The translations under genes and the position numbers were made by a program. Source: Lobosporangium transversale (taxonomy: Eukaryota). Taken from it: DNA of 64,000 bases. Numbering within the stretch: position 1 is the stretch's first letter; each line of letters starts with the position of its first letter. The notes under the pieces are model-generated. The model made no database searches. It saw only the letters and a program-made list of their open reading frames with translations, and was not told where the DNA came from. This document shows, piece by piece, positions 12,092 to 26,000 of the stretch. Location of the stretch: contig NW_019028994.1 in assembly GCF_002105155.1 (NCBI RefSeq), positions 620,001 to 684,000 on the forward strand, given 5' to 3'.

Positions 12092-13602
12092 CTAAGGATG
12101 AGAACTTTCGGCTTTAATCTCCTGTCCAAGGCCCTCAGAAGTAAGGACACCGCCCTGAGCATTGCCCACTTCAACATTGGGGTTGACTGCCTTTTCGTTC
12201 AAATGATCATAACATGCTTCACCTAGCTCGGCCAAGTCCAGACCTCTGTGTTCATGATCAGAGTGCGCTCTCAGGTTCAGGCCAGGGACCTTGTTCATGA
12301 TAATTAAGATCAAATAGGTCACACAAAAGGACCAACCCAAGCCTGCAGCAGAGTCCACGAGCTGGTAGGCAACTTGGATCCAATTCTGATCCAACCATCC
12401 ACCATTGATCACAGTCACGCCATCTAATGCTGCGATCGAGGCCTGTGCAAAGACTCCAGTCAAAATATTCCCAACAATACCACCAACTCCATGGACCGCA
12501 AAAACATCGAACGCATCGTCGTACTTGAGGTAATGCTTCAAACGGACTGCCAGGTTGCAGGCCACAGCGCCCAGGAACCCAATAGCGACACTTGAGCCTG
12601 GAGAGACGTATCCTGAGGCGGGTGTGATCGAAACTAAGCCCGCAACAGCACCAGAGCAGAATCCCAAGACGGATAGCTTGCGATCATGATGATAGTCCAT
12701 AAGGACCCAAGTCAAACCCGCAGTAGAGGCAGACAGGTTGGTCACGACACAGGCCATAGCAGCCCTCAAATTAGCAGACAATGCGGAGCCGCCGTTGAAA
12801 CCGAACCAACCAAACCAAATGAAGCACGTTCCAATGACCACATTGCTCATACTATGGGGCCTAAAATCTTTCCGATCTCCTATACGCCTGCCCAAGACGA
12901 ACGCATAGGCCAATGCGGCTGCACCGGAAGATATGTGAACGGGAGTGCCACCTGCGAAATCAAGGCCTCCCATCACAAATGACCATCCGTTACTTGACCA
13001 GGTCCAGCATGCGATAAAATCATAGACAAATGTAGTCCAAAGAAAGATGAAGACAAGGGTCGGAACAATTCGTCCGCGTTCTGCAGCAGCTCCAATGGCC
13101 AGGGCTGGTGTAAGAGCTGCGAACATGGATTGGAAGATCATGAAGACCAGGTCTGGGATCTTGGCACTACCGACTGAAGGCGCACCGAGTACACCACGGA
13201 AAAATGCATTCTCGAAATTCCCAATGAACTTGGAGCCAGATTTACTGAATGCAAGTGAATAGCCAAATAAGAACCACTAAACGATGAAATAGATGATTAC
13301 GGAGAAAAAAAAAAAAAAATGCTTTTAGGAATAAGGAGTCTTTTTTATTTTTTATTTCTTTATTTTTTTCGATTTAATGAACAAACCTGAAATGAAACTA
13401 CTGCGACAGAGCAGCAAGACAGCATGATCAACGAGAGTGCATTCTTGGATCGAGCCATGCCCGAGTAGAAGTAACCAATGCCAGGGATCATGAGCCAGAC
13501 TAGAGCTGTTGAAGTCAATGTCCATGCGATATCACCGGCATTGAACTCTGAGCCGATAGCGGCTGGGGCAGGCATAGGGGTAGCAGGATCTGATGTATTC
13601 AT
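12092..13602 (-). CDS. MEP: Ammonium transporter (Amt/Mep family), 2 exons
   Basis: GDIAWTLTSTALVWLMIPG, FQSMFAALTPAL, DFAGGTPVHISSG, WFGWFGFNGGS and FAVHGVGG (twin His). Intron ~13277-13386. Confidence 0.96.
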
Positions 13603-15277
13603 TTGCTTTTATTTTAATTTGCTTTATTGTTTTGTTTATGACACAAAAAAAAGGGGGAAAAGGCGGTAATGGATAAAGGATATGGGACCAAGTAATAGTG
13701 ATATTGGTACTAAATGAATGTTCGACGAGCAAGAAGAGTTATAGCATCAAACAAAAGAAGGAAGGAAGGAAAAAGTGAGAAATGAAAGAGTGATGTTGGA
13801 TGGATCCATTCTTTATATTGTTGTCCTATGCGATGTTTACAAAAATAAATAAAAAAAAGACGTGTATATCACTTGGATACGCATATATTATGCTGCTGTT
13901 ACAAACTCTTTGTTTATTGGAGTGCGTTAAGAACAAGAGACAGAGGCCAAGGTTTAAACAATCAAAAAATAAAAGCCGAGACTAGAACGATAAACAAAAG
14001 CTGTTCATATCAATAAGTGGAATAAAAAGAGAGAAAAAAAAAATGCAGATGAAAGAAAGCAATCATAGAGATTCTAGCCTTTGTAATCATCTCGCAGGCT
14101 ATGTGTTGCTATTAGTTGTTTGTTTACATGTGGCCAAAAGCCCTTTGGGTCTACCCATGCCATGCAGACAAAGTAACCAAACAAAATAAAACTGAATGCA
14201 AAAAAAAAAAAAAAAAAAAAAAAAAAACGGTGTATCAGAGATAGAGAAGCGAACGGGATGCTTTTGCACAGCTGTTTAGCCGATCTAAAGCAAAGCATAA
14301 TCTAATCGTCTTTTGGCTTTTTTCAATACATTGTGCATGATAAAAACCTATCTGACTACTCATATACTGCAGTAAGCTCTACAGGCTGAAATCGTTATTA
14401 CAAAGTACATGAACAAGTATATTAGCTAGCTATTTTTTTTATATTTATTGTGTAGTTTAACAGCCATGTTTTAAAAATGTCTATCTATTCATGTGCTACA
14501 AACAGCAGAATGCGACCAATCCATTTTGACTTGCACACATGAGAGACCCTAACTGACTTGGGCGTTTTGCCTATGTCGTTTGTTTATGCATCAAGCTTCC
14601 TTCCATGACTTCCATGTGGATATTTTTCAAAAGCCAGTAAATATTATAAACACGCGTTTCTGGACAAGACGGCACCAGTAAAAACTTTGTTCATTGTCAA
14701 TGAAGTAGGCTTGCACGGACCGCACATCCCCTTCTTTCCCGAGATTCAACTTTGTTTGTCCAAGACAGCAAGACAGATTTGGTTTCAGAATTGGCGGCAA
14801 CTTCCTTTTGGTACTATAACTCACGTGCACATCTGAAGAGTCCATAACGATGGCACTCCATACTCCTTGATTCCATCTTTAATAGATTACCAACTAATAG
14901 GAGTAATATGCCGAAGTACGACGTATTCTCTGTATACTTTTTAGTCTATTTATAATGTAACTAACCCTTAGTCTTATTCCTAATTGTCGTAGCATTGTTG
15001 CTTCTACCTATATCCACGTGACTCAGCGAGGGGGGCGGAGTTTATAAGCCACAAATGCTCTTTTTTTGGTTCCTGCCACACTAAAATGAATCAGCCATTC
15101 CTTTCCAAACCAGCCCAACAACCCCACTTCATCGCTTCTCTGGACTGATTATCAATGGATTCAGATTGAATCGAATCGTTATTGACCCTTTCCTTTCCTC
15201 CCTTCCTTTCATCACACACACACACATAGACAAATACCCACATACCATATTTATATAGCATCTCCACTTGCATCATA

Positions 15278-16443
15278 ATGAAGCCTAGGAATAATAATGA
15301 TACCAGGCGCACAAGGAAAAGAATGTCCTGTGCATGGTTGCTACTCTTCCTTGTCAACTTGATGACTCTAGTCCATGCAGCACCTCCTGCTTTCACCTCA
15401 ACACCCCGCAACCGTATCTTTTTCTGGAAGGTCACTACTACCACATTTGCTCCGGACGGTGTCACTCGTCCCGTCATCCTCGTTAACGACAAGTTCCCAG
15501 GGCCTAAAATCGAGGTCAACCGAGGCGACTATGTGACTGTGGTAGTTGAGAATGCGATGGATGTCCCGACTTCATTCCATTGGCATGGTCTGACCATGCG
15601 CGGTGACCCTTGGTACGACGGTGTGCCCGGTATGAACCAGTGTCCCATCCCCCCTGGTACCAATTTCACTTATGCTTTTGGCACAGACAATGTTGTTGGA
15701 ACGTATGTCCATATCACTTTTTTTTTTTTTATTTTTTTTTTATTTTTTTTATTTTTATTTTATTTTCTTTAATTTTCTTATTGAACAAATGGACAGATCT
15801 CAATCTTCATCTTTCTCTCTCCTCTCTTTTGCTTTATACAGTTTGAGAGATTAGATGAGAGGATAAAAGAATCTCTATAACTCTTTGTCTTTGCTATATA
15901 TCTTTTTCTCTTCTTTTTCCTTTAATGTACCTTTGAACGGGATTGACAAATCTGTCAAAAGCAAAACAAAAGCATCTCTCTTTTCATTTGCTTACTGCTC
16001 TTTCTCACACGGAACTAAAAAATTTTTATTTTTTATTCCCACTTTTGTTTGAATGGGCGTATGCTACAACGTCCAATAATAGACATTGGTGGCACGCCCA
16101 TTTTGAAAACCAATATATTGACGGACTGATTGGTGCCCTCATTATCCGAGACCCACCCGAGACAAACCCGTTCTTGAATGCATACGATGAAGAACGAACA
16201 GTCATTCTTTCAGACTGGTATCACCAACCTACGGGTGCATTGCTGACACAGTATCTTTCGCCAGAGAGTCATGGTCAGGAACCCGTGCCAAATAATGGCC
16301 TCATCAATGGGAAACATACCTTCAATTGTGCCAATATTCAGCCTTCTGATCTTCCTTGTACCAAGGGAGAGCGCACAGTCATTCACTTTGTACCCAATAG
16401 ACGATACCGACTCCGCATCATTAATGCAGGGTATGTCCTTTTG

Positions 16444-16483
<40 letters not shown>

Positions 16484-17580
16484 AAAGAAAAGTGTTTATT
16501 GCCCACTTTTGTTCATCTTCCGCAGCTCTCATCATTGGCTAATCTTTTTCTTTCTTTCTTTCTTTTCTTTTCTTTTCTCTTTATAGCGCTGCTGCACCAT
16601 ACTTATTCTCAATTGACAACCACACACTCCAGGTTATTGAGGCAGATGGTACGGATTTAAATCCAATTACAGTAGACAGTTTACCGATCAACACAGGTCA
16701 GCGCTACTCAGTCATTGTTACTGCCAACCAAGATGTCCAAAACTATTGGATGCGTGCAGAGATGGGCATAGATTGTTTACCCAAGACTTCCACCAATCTT
16801 GATCCAATCATCTTGGGCGAAATTCGATATCAAGGAGCTGGCACTGCGGAACCCACTTCTGTTGGTCGATTCAACCCACCACCTAATCTTGGAGAAGGAC
16901 AGGAACCCGTTGTCAATCCGGCATTTTCGGAGGCTTGTCAAGATTTGGATTTGAATAATCTTCATCCTCTGAAGCCTGAGCCGATTCTGGAGCCCATCAC
17001 AAACAGTTTTTTGGTCCGAATCTCATTCAAAAAGAATGCAACAGATAATATTGTTCGGGGTTATATGAACGATATTACCTATTCAGGAAATGCATGGAAT
17101 CCAACCATTAACCAGAATCTGGATCCGGGCGTAGTCTATGAGGTCAATCAACATGTGATGAAGATTGAACGAAGAGGAGCAGTTGTGCAAATCATCTTGG
17201 ATAATTCGCTTGGTGGTGAGCATCCGTTTCATCTTCATGGACATACATTCCAGGTGATCGCTCAAGGAGTGGGATTTTATGAGGAAGGGAAGACACCCAT
17301 CAATGCCATCAATCCACTCAGGAGAGACACAGCTACTGTACCCAAAAATGGATTCACCGTCATCCGGTTCAGGGCCGACAACCCCGGCGTATGGTCTTTA
17401 CACTGTCACATTGAGTGGCATGTCACCACAGGGTTGGTGATGCAGTTTGTTGAGCTACCGGATGAACTGCGTGCCATGGGCATTCCAAAACATGTGAACA
17501 AACTCTGTGAGGCTGGACCACCACTGGGATTCAAGGCTCATACTGGATTTGTTCCTAAACCACTGGCCCCTCCCTCATAG
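15278..17580 (+). CDS. Secreted multicopper oxidase (laccase/ascorbate-oxidase-like), 3 exons
   Basis: Signal peptide and four Cu-binding motifs: FHWHG, WWHAH, HPFHLHGH, HCHIEWH (axial Leu). No C-terminal TM helix, so not a typical Fet3. Introns ~15703-16082 and ~16431-16586. Confidence 0.93.
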
Positions 17581-18028
17581 GTCTCTTCACTGAATCCGAC
17601 TAGCATATTAATTAATATCCATACTTCTTTACTCCATCCCTCACCTTTTTTTTTTTTTTTATTTATTTATTTATCTTTTTGACTAATTCATCAAGATTGT
17701 AACAGTTTTTTTTTTACATTAGATTAGACACGTCTTCTTTGCTTTTTTATGCTATTTATAAAAAAACGATGTACTTTTAGGTTCACTTCACTTTTTTTTT
17801 TTTTTTTTTTTTTTTTTTTGGCTTTTTATTATTATTGAAGATAATACAAATGAGGGAATGAATGAGGAAAGGGGATAATAAAAAAAAAAAAAAAAAAGAA
17901 TAAAAAATAAAAAAGAATTAAAGAAAAAAGCAAAAAAAACTGTCAAAGAATGTAAAGAGACAGATCTTTTTTTTTTTTTTTTCCTTTCTTACTTTTTTTT
18001 TTCTTTTTTTTTTTTCCTTTTTTTTCTT

Positions 18029-19195
18029 TTAAGCGCTACGCTTCTTTTGCAAGTTTTCAGCCAAACGATCCAAGAATTCAAAAGTATTCAAGTAGTGCTC
18101 ACGCTTCATGTCCTTGCCATGGATGATCAGGGCCAAGTCCTTGGTCATGTCACCAGCCTCGATGGTCTCGATGCAGACAGCCTCCAACTGATGAGCAAAC
18201 TCCTTCAAGGCCTCGTTGTTATCGATCTTGGCACGGAACTCCAGACCACGGGTCCAGGCAAAGATGGAGGCAATGGGGTTTGTGGAGGTCTCCCGACCCT
18301 TTTGGTGCTCACGGTAATGACGGGTAACAGTTCCGTGAGCGGCCTCGGCCTCACAGCACTGACCATCGGGGGTCAAGAGGACTGAGGTCATCAGACCAAG
18401 GGAACCATAGCCCTGAGCAACGATATCAGATTGGACATCACCATCATAGTTTTTGCAGGCCCAGACGAAGCCTCCAGAGGACTTTAACATCTGAGCGACC
18501 ATATCATCGATCAAACGATGCTCATACCAAATCTTCTTGGCCTCGAACTGCTCCTTGTAATCACGCTCGTAGATCTCTTGGAAGATATCCTTGAAGCGAC
18601 CATCGTACTTCTTCAAGATTGTGTTCTTGGTCGACATGTACAAGGGGTATGACTTTTCAATAGCGACCTTGAAGCATGAGTGAGCGAATCCGATGATGGA
18701 CTAATTAGGGGAATGATAATGGTAATAAAAAGAGGGAATGTCCCAAGGGTCATTAAATTATCTTTCTTTAACGGATCAATTCGAAGAGGTGAAAGAATTT
18801 GGATGGAAGAGATACTTTACCTCATCATGGTTGTACATTCCCATGGCAACACCGGGTCCCTCAAAGTCATAGACGACCAAGTTCTTCTTCTCCGAGCCAT
18901 CTGCGGGGGTGAAGACCAACTCCAAGCGACCGGGGCCATCGACAACGATGTCTGTGGCCTTGTACTGATCACCGAAGGCATGACGTCCCAAGATGATGGG
19001 CTTTGTCCAGCCAGGGACCAAGCGAGGGATGTTCTTGCAAAGAATGGGCTCACGGAAAACAGTGCCTCCCAAGATATTGCGGATGGTACCCTGGAGATTA
19101 ACCAGCAGAAAAAGAAAAGAAAACAATAATAACAATTGTTGATTAGGAAATGATTCCTCGTGTTTTTCTTCCTGACTAGTCTCTGTCAAATATTG

Positions 19196-19233
<38 letters not shown>

Positions 19234-19859
19234 TGTGTATAAATGCTTACGTTGGGTGATTTCCACATCTTCTTGAGCTTGAACTCCTCAACACGGGCCT
19301 CATCTGGGGTGATAGTGGCGCACTTGATGCCGACCTTGTACTTTTTGATAGCCTCAGCGGCATCAATGGTGACTTTTAAAAAGTAAAAATAAGAGCAATT
19401 AGGTTAGTACGTCATAATCAAATGGATTGGTTTGTGTGCAATTATAATGTGAGAAAAAAAGTAAATTATTCCCCACGATTAAATAAAATTGCAAGTCACA
19501 AATCACGACACTTCTGTCGGGGTTCACTTTCATTCTACTCTTCTCCCCCACGAAATCATCGTTATTTGAATGTTATAGATGTTGTGTCAGATATAATAAT
19601 AAAGTCGAACATGTCCCATATCGATCGTTATCTGATGGTGCCATTTCCTTCAGAGTCTCATCAGCCCCCACATCCCCCGCTCTTCCCATCATTAAAAGTA
19701 TTCGTATATAATTCATGTTTTATATTTAGACATTTGAAAATAATTATCACTTTAGGAGCCGACTGACCCATCGCACATTGTCAGATCATTTTTTTTTTTC
19801 CTTTCTTTGGCTACTGCTCTCTTCATAGTATCATATTAAACCATTGTTGCTGTTGTTGT

Positions 19860-19894
<35 letters not shown>

Positions 19895-20678
19895 GTTTGT
19901 TGATCAAAGCGAACGTCGGTTCCAGCAAATAAAAAAAATTGAAGAATACGACCATCTCAAGTTTTATAAATACACTTCCTCGGATCAGTAAAATCAATAA
20001 AGTGAAATAGTCAAGAATTGAGAGAGAGAAAAAGAGAGAGGGAGAGAGAAAGAGACTCACCTTGATCGTCAGTCTGATCACGGTACTCCATGCCAAGATC
20101 AAAGAACTTGATGTCAAGGTCAACATATGGGAGAATCAACTATCCAAGCAATCATATAAATGTGTATTAGAATCATTTTAAAAGACACTTGCACGAAACA
20201 ATTAGGCAATTAAGTCGCGATTTTTTTCTTTTTCTTTTTCGGGATAAACATACCTTGTCACGAATGCCGTCCCAGATGATGCGAGTCATCTCATCACCCT
20301 AAAAGACAATGGAATCATTGCAATGCAGAATGAGAGTCATGAACAAAGTGTAATGAGTAACAGAATTCTTTTTTTTTTTTTCTTCTTTTCCTTCGACTTT
20401 GACTTTGACTTTGACTGGAATAGATTTAAAGAAAGCGCAAAGATATCAGGAAAGAAAGAATTAAAAAATAAGGGTCGGCTTAATATACCTGCATCTCGAC
20501 GACGGTTCCTCCTATTGTAGGATCATTCGCGATAATAATAACATAATGATACAAGTAGAAACCGGGTCAGAATAAGCGTTATATCAATATAGGAACAAGA
20601 CAAAGAATATAAAAGAATAGTTGATTGACGAGGTTAGTTATGTTGTTACGAACCGTTGATCTTGTTGGCGTTGGTCAT
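18029..20678 (-). CDS. IDP: NADP-dependent isocitrate dehydrogenase (cytosolic IDH1/IDP type), multi-exon
   Basis: Spliced N-terminus [25 protein letters not shown]..., [56 protein letters not shown]. Confidence 0.96.
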
Positions 20679-21645
20679 GTTGCTTTGACTGTAATGTAAA
20701 AACTAGGGTAAAGAAAAGGAGTTTGGATGAAGACTGATGGATAAAGAAGAAAGGAAGAAGAAGAACAGACTAGAAAGAGAAAGAGGAAAGAGAAGAAAGA
20801 GAAAAGAAAAAAGTGGGGTTTCTAATCAATAAAAAAAAAAAACGGGTGAATGCTCCCCCCCGCGCTGTGTATGTCGGCACAGACATTACCCAAAAGTTGC
20901 TTTTTGCCATAAATTTGTATTGTGTGTTACACGTATTCCTTGGGCTTTTCTTTATGAGACTAGCATGTACATGTACATGTTACATGTTCAGTTGGACTTT
21001 CTTCTTGTGTTCAATCTTGTTACAGGGCTTACTTTGTTTTTTTTACCCTCATTCGTCATTCCTGCTTTTTCTCATGCTGCTTGCCTGTGCATGTGTACAG
21101 TTTACATGAACATCGTACAAGCCATGCACAGATCCTCATCTTTTCTTTTTGCCTCCACAATCTGTTGTGCATCCTACGTGGGAAAAAAAAAAAAAAAAAA
21201 AAAAAAGTGTTATAACGAAATATGTGCAATCCAAAGACGATGGGCTATATGAATATTGTATAGTACATTGCTTTAAACAAGGGTTCAAATAGTAACGGGT
21301 GTTTTATCATTTAGCCAACTCGTTCTCAACTAACATCAACCTACCAAGCAACTAGTTTAAGCTCGAGCCAATAGGAATGCGTGTCTGTGGCAGAATTATC
21401 TTCGCCTCCCCGTGTTTCCACGCTTTTTTTTTTTAAAAAAAAGGATGATCGGGTGACCATGATAATGATTGGAAATAATGAAAAAGGTAGATTAAATAGG
21501 TAATACATTTAAAGCAGACGTAGATATCCGGATCTCAATGTTAATAAGCCTTCTTTTAGACAAAGGGAGTTGTGGTATTTAATAAAACTTTCTATTTCCA
21601 ATATTGGTATTAATGTAAAAAAATAAAATAATTAATGCTAATGCT

Positions 21646-22095
21646 CTACTTGGGGACAGCTGGGACCTTTCCACAGTCATAGTACACTCTGCTGACTCCA
21701 GGCAATGAACGGTTGGTTCTCTTGACAGCATTGCCATCACAGCCCATTCCTCCCAAACCACCGTTGCCTCCACTGCCACCGCAGCCGTTAGCGTAGACAC
21801 TCATGCCCTTTGCATCCTTGCTTCCAAAGAAACCCCACTCATAGATCTGGTCCCTCTTGCCTTCACTGAACTGGACAGGGCCTCCAATCTCGAATCCTCC
21901 AGTCGACGATCCGTCGTTGTGGTAGATTGTAATAAAGTGGCAGGGCTGGTAGCTGCAGTTTCCTTGAGGAGTACAGAAGACCGGGTGGCAGTTGTTGTTG
22001 GTCATCGCGCGGATACCGACAGCAGGCTTGCAGAGAGCATGGGCAGAAGCAGCGAGTCCGAGCAAGGCAAGGGTCAAAACTTGAATGGAAGGCAT
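21646..22095 (-). CDS. Small secreted cysteine-rich protein (149 aa, 8 Cys), intronless, unknown function
   Basis: Signal peptide MPSIQVLTLALLGLAASAHA, 8 cysteines, Gly-rich segment, GC3-rich codons, and a TATA-like tataaaa on the - strand at ~22228-22234. Confidence 0.8.
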   Translation of the reverse strand: MPSIQVLTLALLGLAASAHALCKPAVGIRAMTNNNCHPVFCTPQGNCSYQPCHFITIYHNDGSSTGGFEIGGPVQFSEGKRDQIYEWGFFGSKDAKGMSVYANGCGGSGGNGGLGGMGCDGNAVKRTNRSLPGVSRVYYDCGKVPAVPK

Positions 22096-22814
22096 GATGA
22101 GATGATTGTTATAGAGGATTGATTGGTAAAGGATTGTTGTTATTGTTTTTTTTTTTTTGCTTGTTGGTGCAAGTTCAAGTGGATTGTAGGATTTGTTGAT
22201 GAGGAAATCGAAGACTTTTCGTGGTCCTTTTTATACGTGTTGAGGAGTGTTGATCCCTTTTCCCTCCCGGTGTTCTATACAATGCAAGTTTTGATCGAGA
22301 TTGTGCTAGAAAGCTATCGACATGTATGGACCATTGTCTAGATCCAGGAAAAGGAAGAAGGCTCTAGGGAAGAGGCGCAAAGTGTGGAAACCTTTGTCGA
22401 GCTGCCTCTGAAAGGGCTTGAAGCTGAAGTCATGAGGCGTAGATAGGGTTCGTACCACAAGCACAAGGCACCGGAATATCGGGGTTGATCGTGGGTGCCG
22501 GAGTTCAGTCTCGAAAGCTTGCACCCCTGTATGCTGGAATTCCTACTCCCAAAAAGGGTTCAATATCCTCAATAAACAGGGCTTTGACATGGTTTGTCTG
22601 AGATTCATTTTCATTTTTTATTTTCAATTGCACCTGCATTATCATAGACTACTGGCACGTGCTCACCTTTTTGCGCTGCATGAAACTGAATTACGAGGCT
22701 CTGTTTCCTCCATCAAGGCAAACCCTCAATTCCCAGTTCAAGTACTCTAGCAGGATCATTGGGACTTTTTTATGCAGGCGCTCTAGTCGGATACGTCACA
22801 CCAAAATTCTCGCC

Positions 22815-23009
22815 ATGAACATCAACGGATTGTTCGCTCATACGCTGACAGACCTCATTCGAGGAATTCGCCAGAACAAGAAAAACGAACAGGCTTATAT
22901 TGCAAAGGAGATTGCTGACATTCGACTCGAGTTACGACGCAATGACCCAGACCTCAAGGCGCAAGCCATTGCCAAACTTACCTATGTAAAGACTTGGGCA
23001 CTAGGAAGA

Positions 23010-23040
<31 letters not shown>

Positions 23041-26000
23041 GCATCATTTCATTATCATCTATCTCTTTGCGCACTTGTTCATCAGCAAATAACATGTTTT
23101 TGTTTAAACGACTATTCTTTATTCACAGCTTCAAATGATGGGATACGACATGTCTTGGGCATCCTTTCATGTGGTTGAGGTCATGTCATCACCAAAGTTC
23201 CTATACAAGAGCATAGGATATCTTGGAGCGGTTCAATCATTTACCCAGGAAACAGATGTGCTCATGCTTACGACCAATCTCATCAAAAAGGTAAGTCGCG
23301 CAAAAATAAAAAATCCTTGTTTTATCATTACTCCGCCTCAGCTCTGAGCAGCAATATGCACTTTTCGGGAATACCAAACCGCAAACTATAGCGTCATTCT
23401 TTTTGTATGTCTTTATCATTCCGTAGGATCTTGCTTCCTCTAACCCATGCGAAGTAGGAGTGGCTATCAATGGATTATCACATATCCTTACCCCAGACTT
23501 GGCACGCGACCTTTGTGCGGACCTTGTCTCTATGCTCAACCATTCTCGCCCGATCATCCGTAAAAAAGTCTTGCTAGTACTTTACAAAGTCTTTTTGAAA
23601 TATCCAGAAGGTTTGCGCTTGAGTTTCTCGCGTATGAAGGATCGTTTGGATGACCCTGATCCATGTAAGTGAAAGGCAAAGTGCGGTTCTTCAAATGGGA
23701 TTATTCTCATTGGCTCTATAGATGAATACTGACTAACACATGTGTTATATATACATGCGCATCTTTCAGCTGTCGTATCTGCTGCTGTCAACGTAATATG
23801 TGAACTGGCGCGTCGCAATCCCAAGAATTATCTTTCGCTGGCTCCACAGCTCTTCAAGCTACTAACGACATCCTCAAACAATTGGATGCTTATCAAGATC
23901 ATCAAACTAGTACGTAATATCTTTATTTTTTTTTTTTAATTTTTTTTTTTTAATTACTTTATTGATATGTGAATTTCACATAAAGATGATTCCTTGCAAT
24001 GTAATATCGAAATGCTAATTAATACATTTTTCAAAATATCCGCGTGGAACTTAGTTTGCAGCATTGACACCCTATGAACCTCGTTTGACAAAAAAGCTTT
24101 TACCACCCATTACGACTCTTATTCAGACAACACCCGCCATGTCCTTATTATACGAGTGCATTCATACAGTCATTGCAGGTGGTATGTTAGTCACAAGCGG
24201 ATCTGGAAGTAATGTTGAAAGCGCCAATACCTTGGCGGCCACCTGTGTCAGCAAGTTACGAACGTTCCTAGAGGATCCGGATCAAAATTGTAAGCGTTTA
24301 TTTTTATTTTTATTTATATTTTTATAGTTATTTTTATTTTCAATCTCAGGATGATTTTTTAATTTATCCCTAATTTTATCAATCAATTATTAATTATTAA
24401 TAGTGAAATATATCGGACTATTGGCATTGACCAAGATCCTCCCTACACACCCTCATCTTGTTGGAGAACACAAGGATATTATTTTGAAATGCATTGATGA
24501 CCCAGATATTTCTATCCGCATGAGGACATTGGATTTGATTGTGGGAATGGCCAACAAGAAAAATTTGACCGAGATTGTCAAACGTCTGATTAATCACTTG
24601 CTCCCAGCGAATGATCACAGCCAGGAGATCTCTGCCATCAACAATGCTAATAACAATGGCAGTGCTATGAGTGCATTGATGGATCCTTCCTATCGTGCTG
24701 ATATCGTACGCAGGATCGTGCTTATCTGTTCTCAAAACTCGTATGCGAACGTGAGCAACTTTGAATGGTATCTGGCAGTGCTCTCGGATTTGACCAATGT
24801 TGCTGGAGTGAATGTTGGTAATTTGTTGATGCAACAGTTCATGGATGTCGGAGTTCGTGTCAAGAGCGTGCGGCCGTATACTGTGCGATTAATGGTTCGT
24901 ATACACTTCGTTTTCCTTTTTTCTTAAGGCTACTTGATGAAATTTCAAGCATAGGAGAAAAAAAAATTCCTAGCAAATGTACACTATTTGACCTTTTTTT
25001 TTTTTTTTCTTCAAATATAGATGCGCTTGCTTGCGGATACCAGGCTAACAGAGCCTGATAACGTTGAAAGCTCAAATTCAATGGTCTTGTTGGCTGCAGC
25101 ATGGTTGACGGGCGAGTATTGCGCTCTGCTTGATTCTCCAGAGACAGCATTGGAGCTCTTGACTCAAAAGTCGACTTGTAAGCTTGAACCACCTATTCAA
25201 GCGACCTATCTACAGAGTATACTGAAGATCTTTGGTTACTGGATGAATAGCCTTCAATACTCATGGAATGAGGAAGCCCGACAACAATTAATCGAAACTA
25301 TCGACTCGCTTCGCAAGGCTGTTAAAGACATGTTCAGTCGTAGTCCTGATCTGGAGGTTCAAGAGAGAGTAAGTGATCGTCTTTTTATTTATTTATTTAT
25401 TTAATTATTATTATAGTCAATAATAGCAGATCTCATGGTTATTTATTTACTTTCCTTGAATGTTGAATAGGCCTCCAACGTGTCTGTGATTTTGGAAATC
25501 ATCTCTGAACATGCGCCGCGAACACCACTCAAGGTTGAGAATTCAGTTTCTTTTGCACCGACAATGCCCAAACCCCCCGCTATCCTTGGCTCACTCTATC
25601 CTCTTTTCTTTAATCTTGAGCTCAACCCTGTTGCACCTAAAGCTCAAAGGAAGGTTCCTGTCCCTGAAGGACTTGATTTGGAAGCCTGGATCCATGAACC
25701 TGCTCCAGAACCTGTATCAGAATCCTCAGACGATGATTTCTTGAATGAAGCCAGTTCTTCGTACGGATATGGATGGAGTGGCCAAGGAGCGACTCCTGGT
25801 AACAGAAAGAAGAAGGGTAAGAAGAACCAGGATCAGGAGGACTCCAAGGAAAGTGCTGAAGCCAGAGCTAAGGTAAAGAGAGTTCTAAGACGAGGGAGAA
25901 AAAAAAAAAAATCAAGATAATGGAGCGTGAAGATGTTGAATCTTAATTATTAATTAATGGAAAAAAAAAAAAAAAAAAAAAAAATCGTATCAATCGCTCA

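Noticed and set aside
19588..19664. CTGATGA...GAAA / ...CTGA on the - strand of the long IDH intron (hammerhead or C/D snoRNA-like)
   Set aside because: No stem II pairing for a hammerhead, and no terminal stem or recognisable rRNA guide.
12092..22095. Amt + oxidase + IDH + secreted protein as a metabolic gene cluster
   Set aside because: No backbone biosynthetic enzyme or shared motif; ordinary gene neighbourhood.
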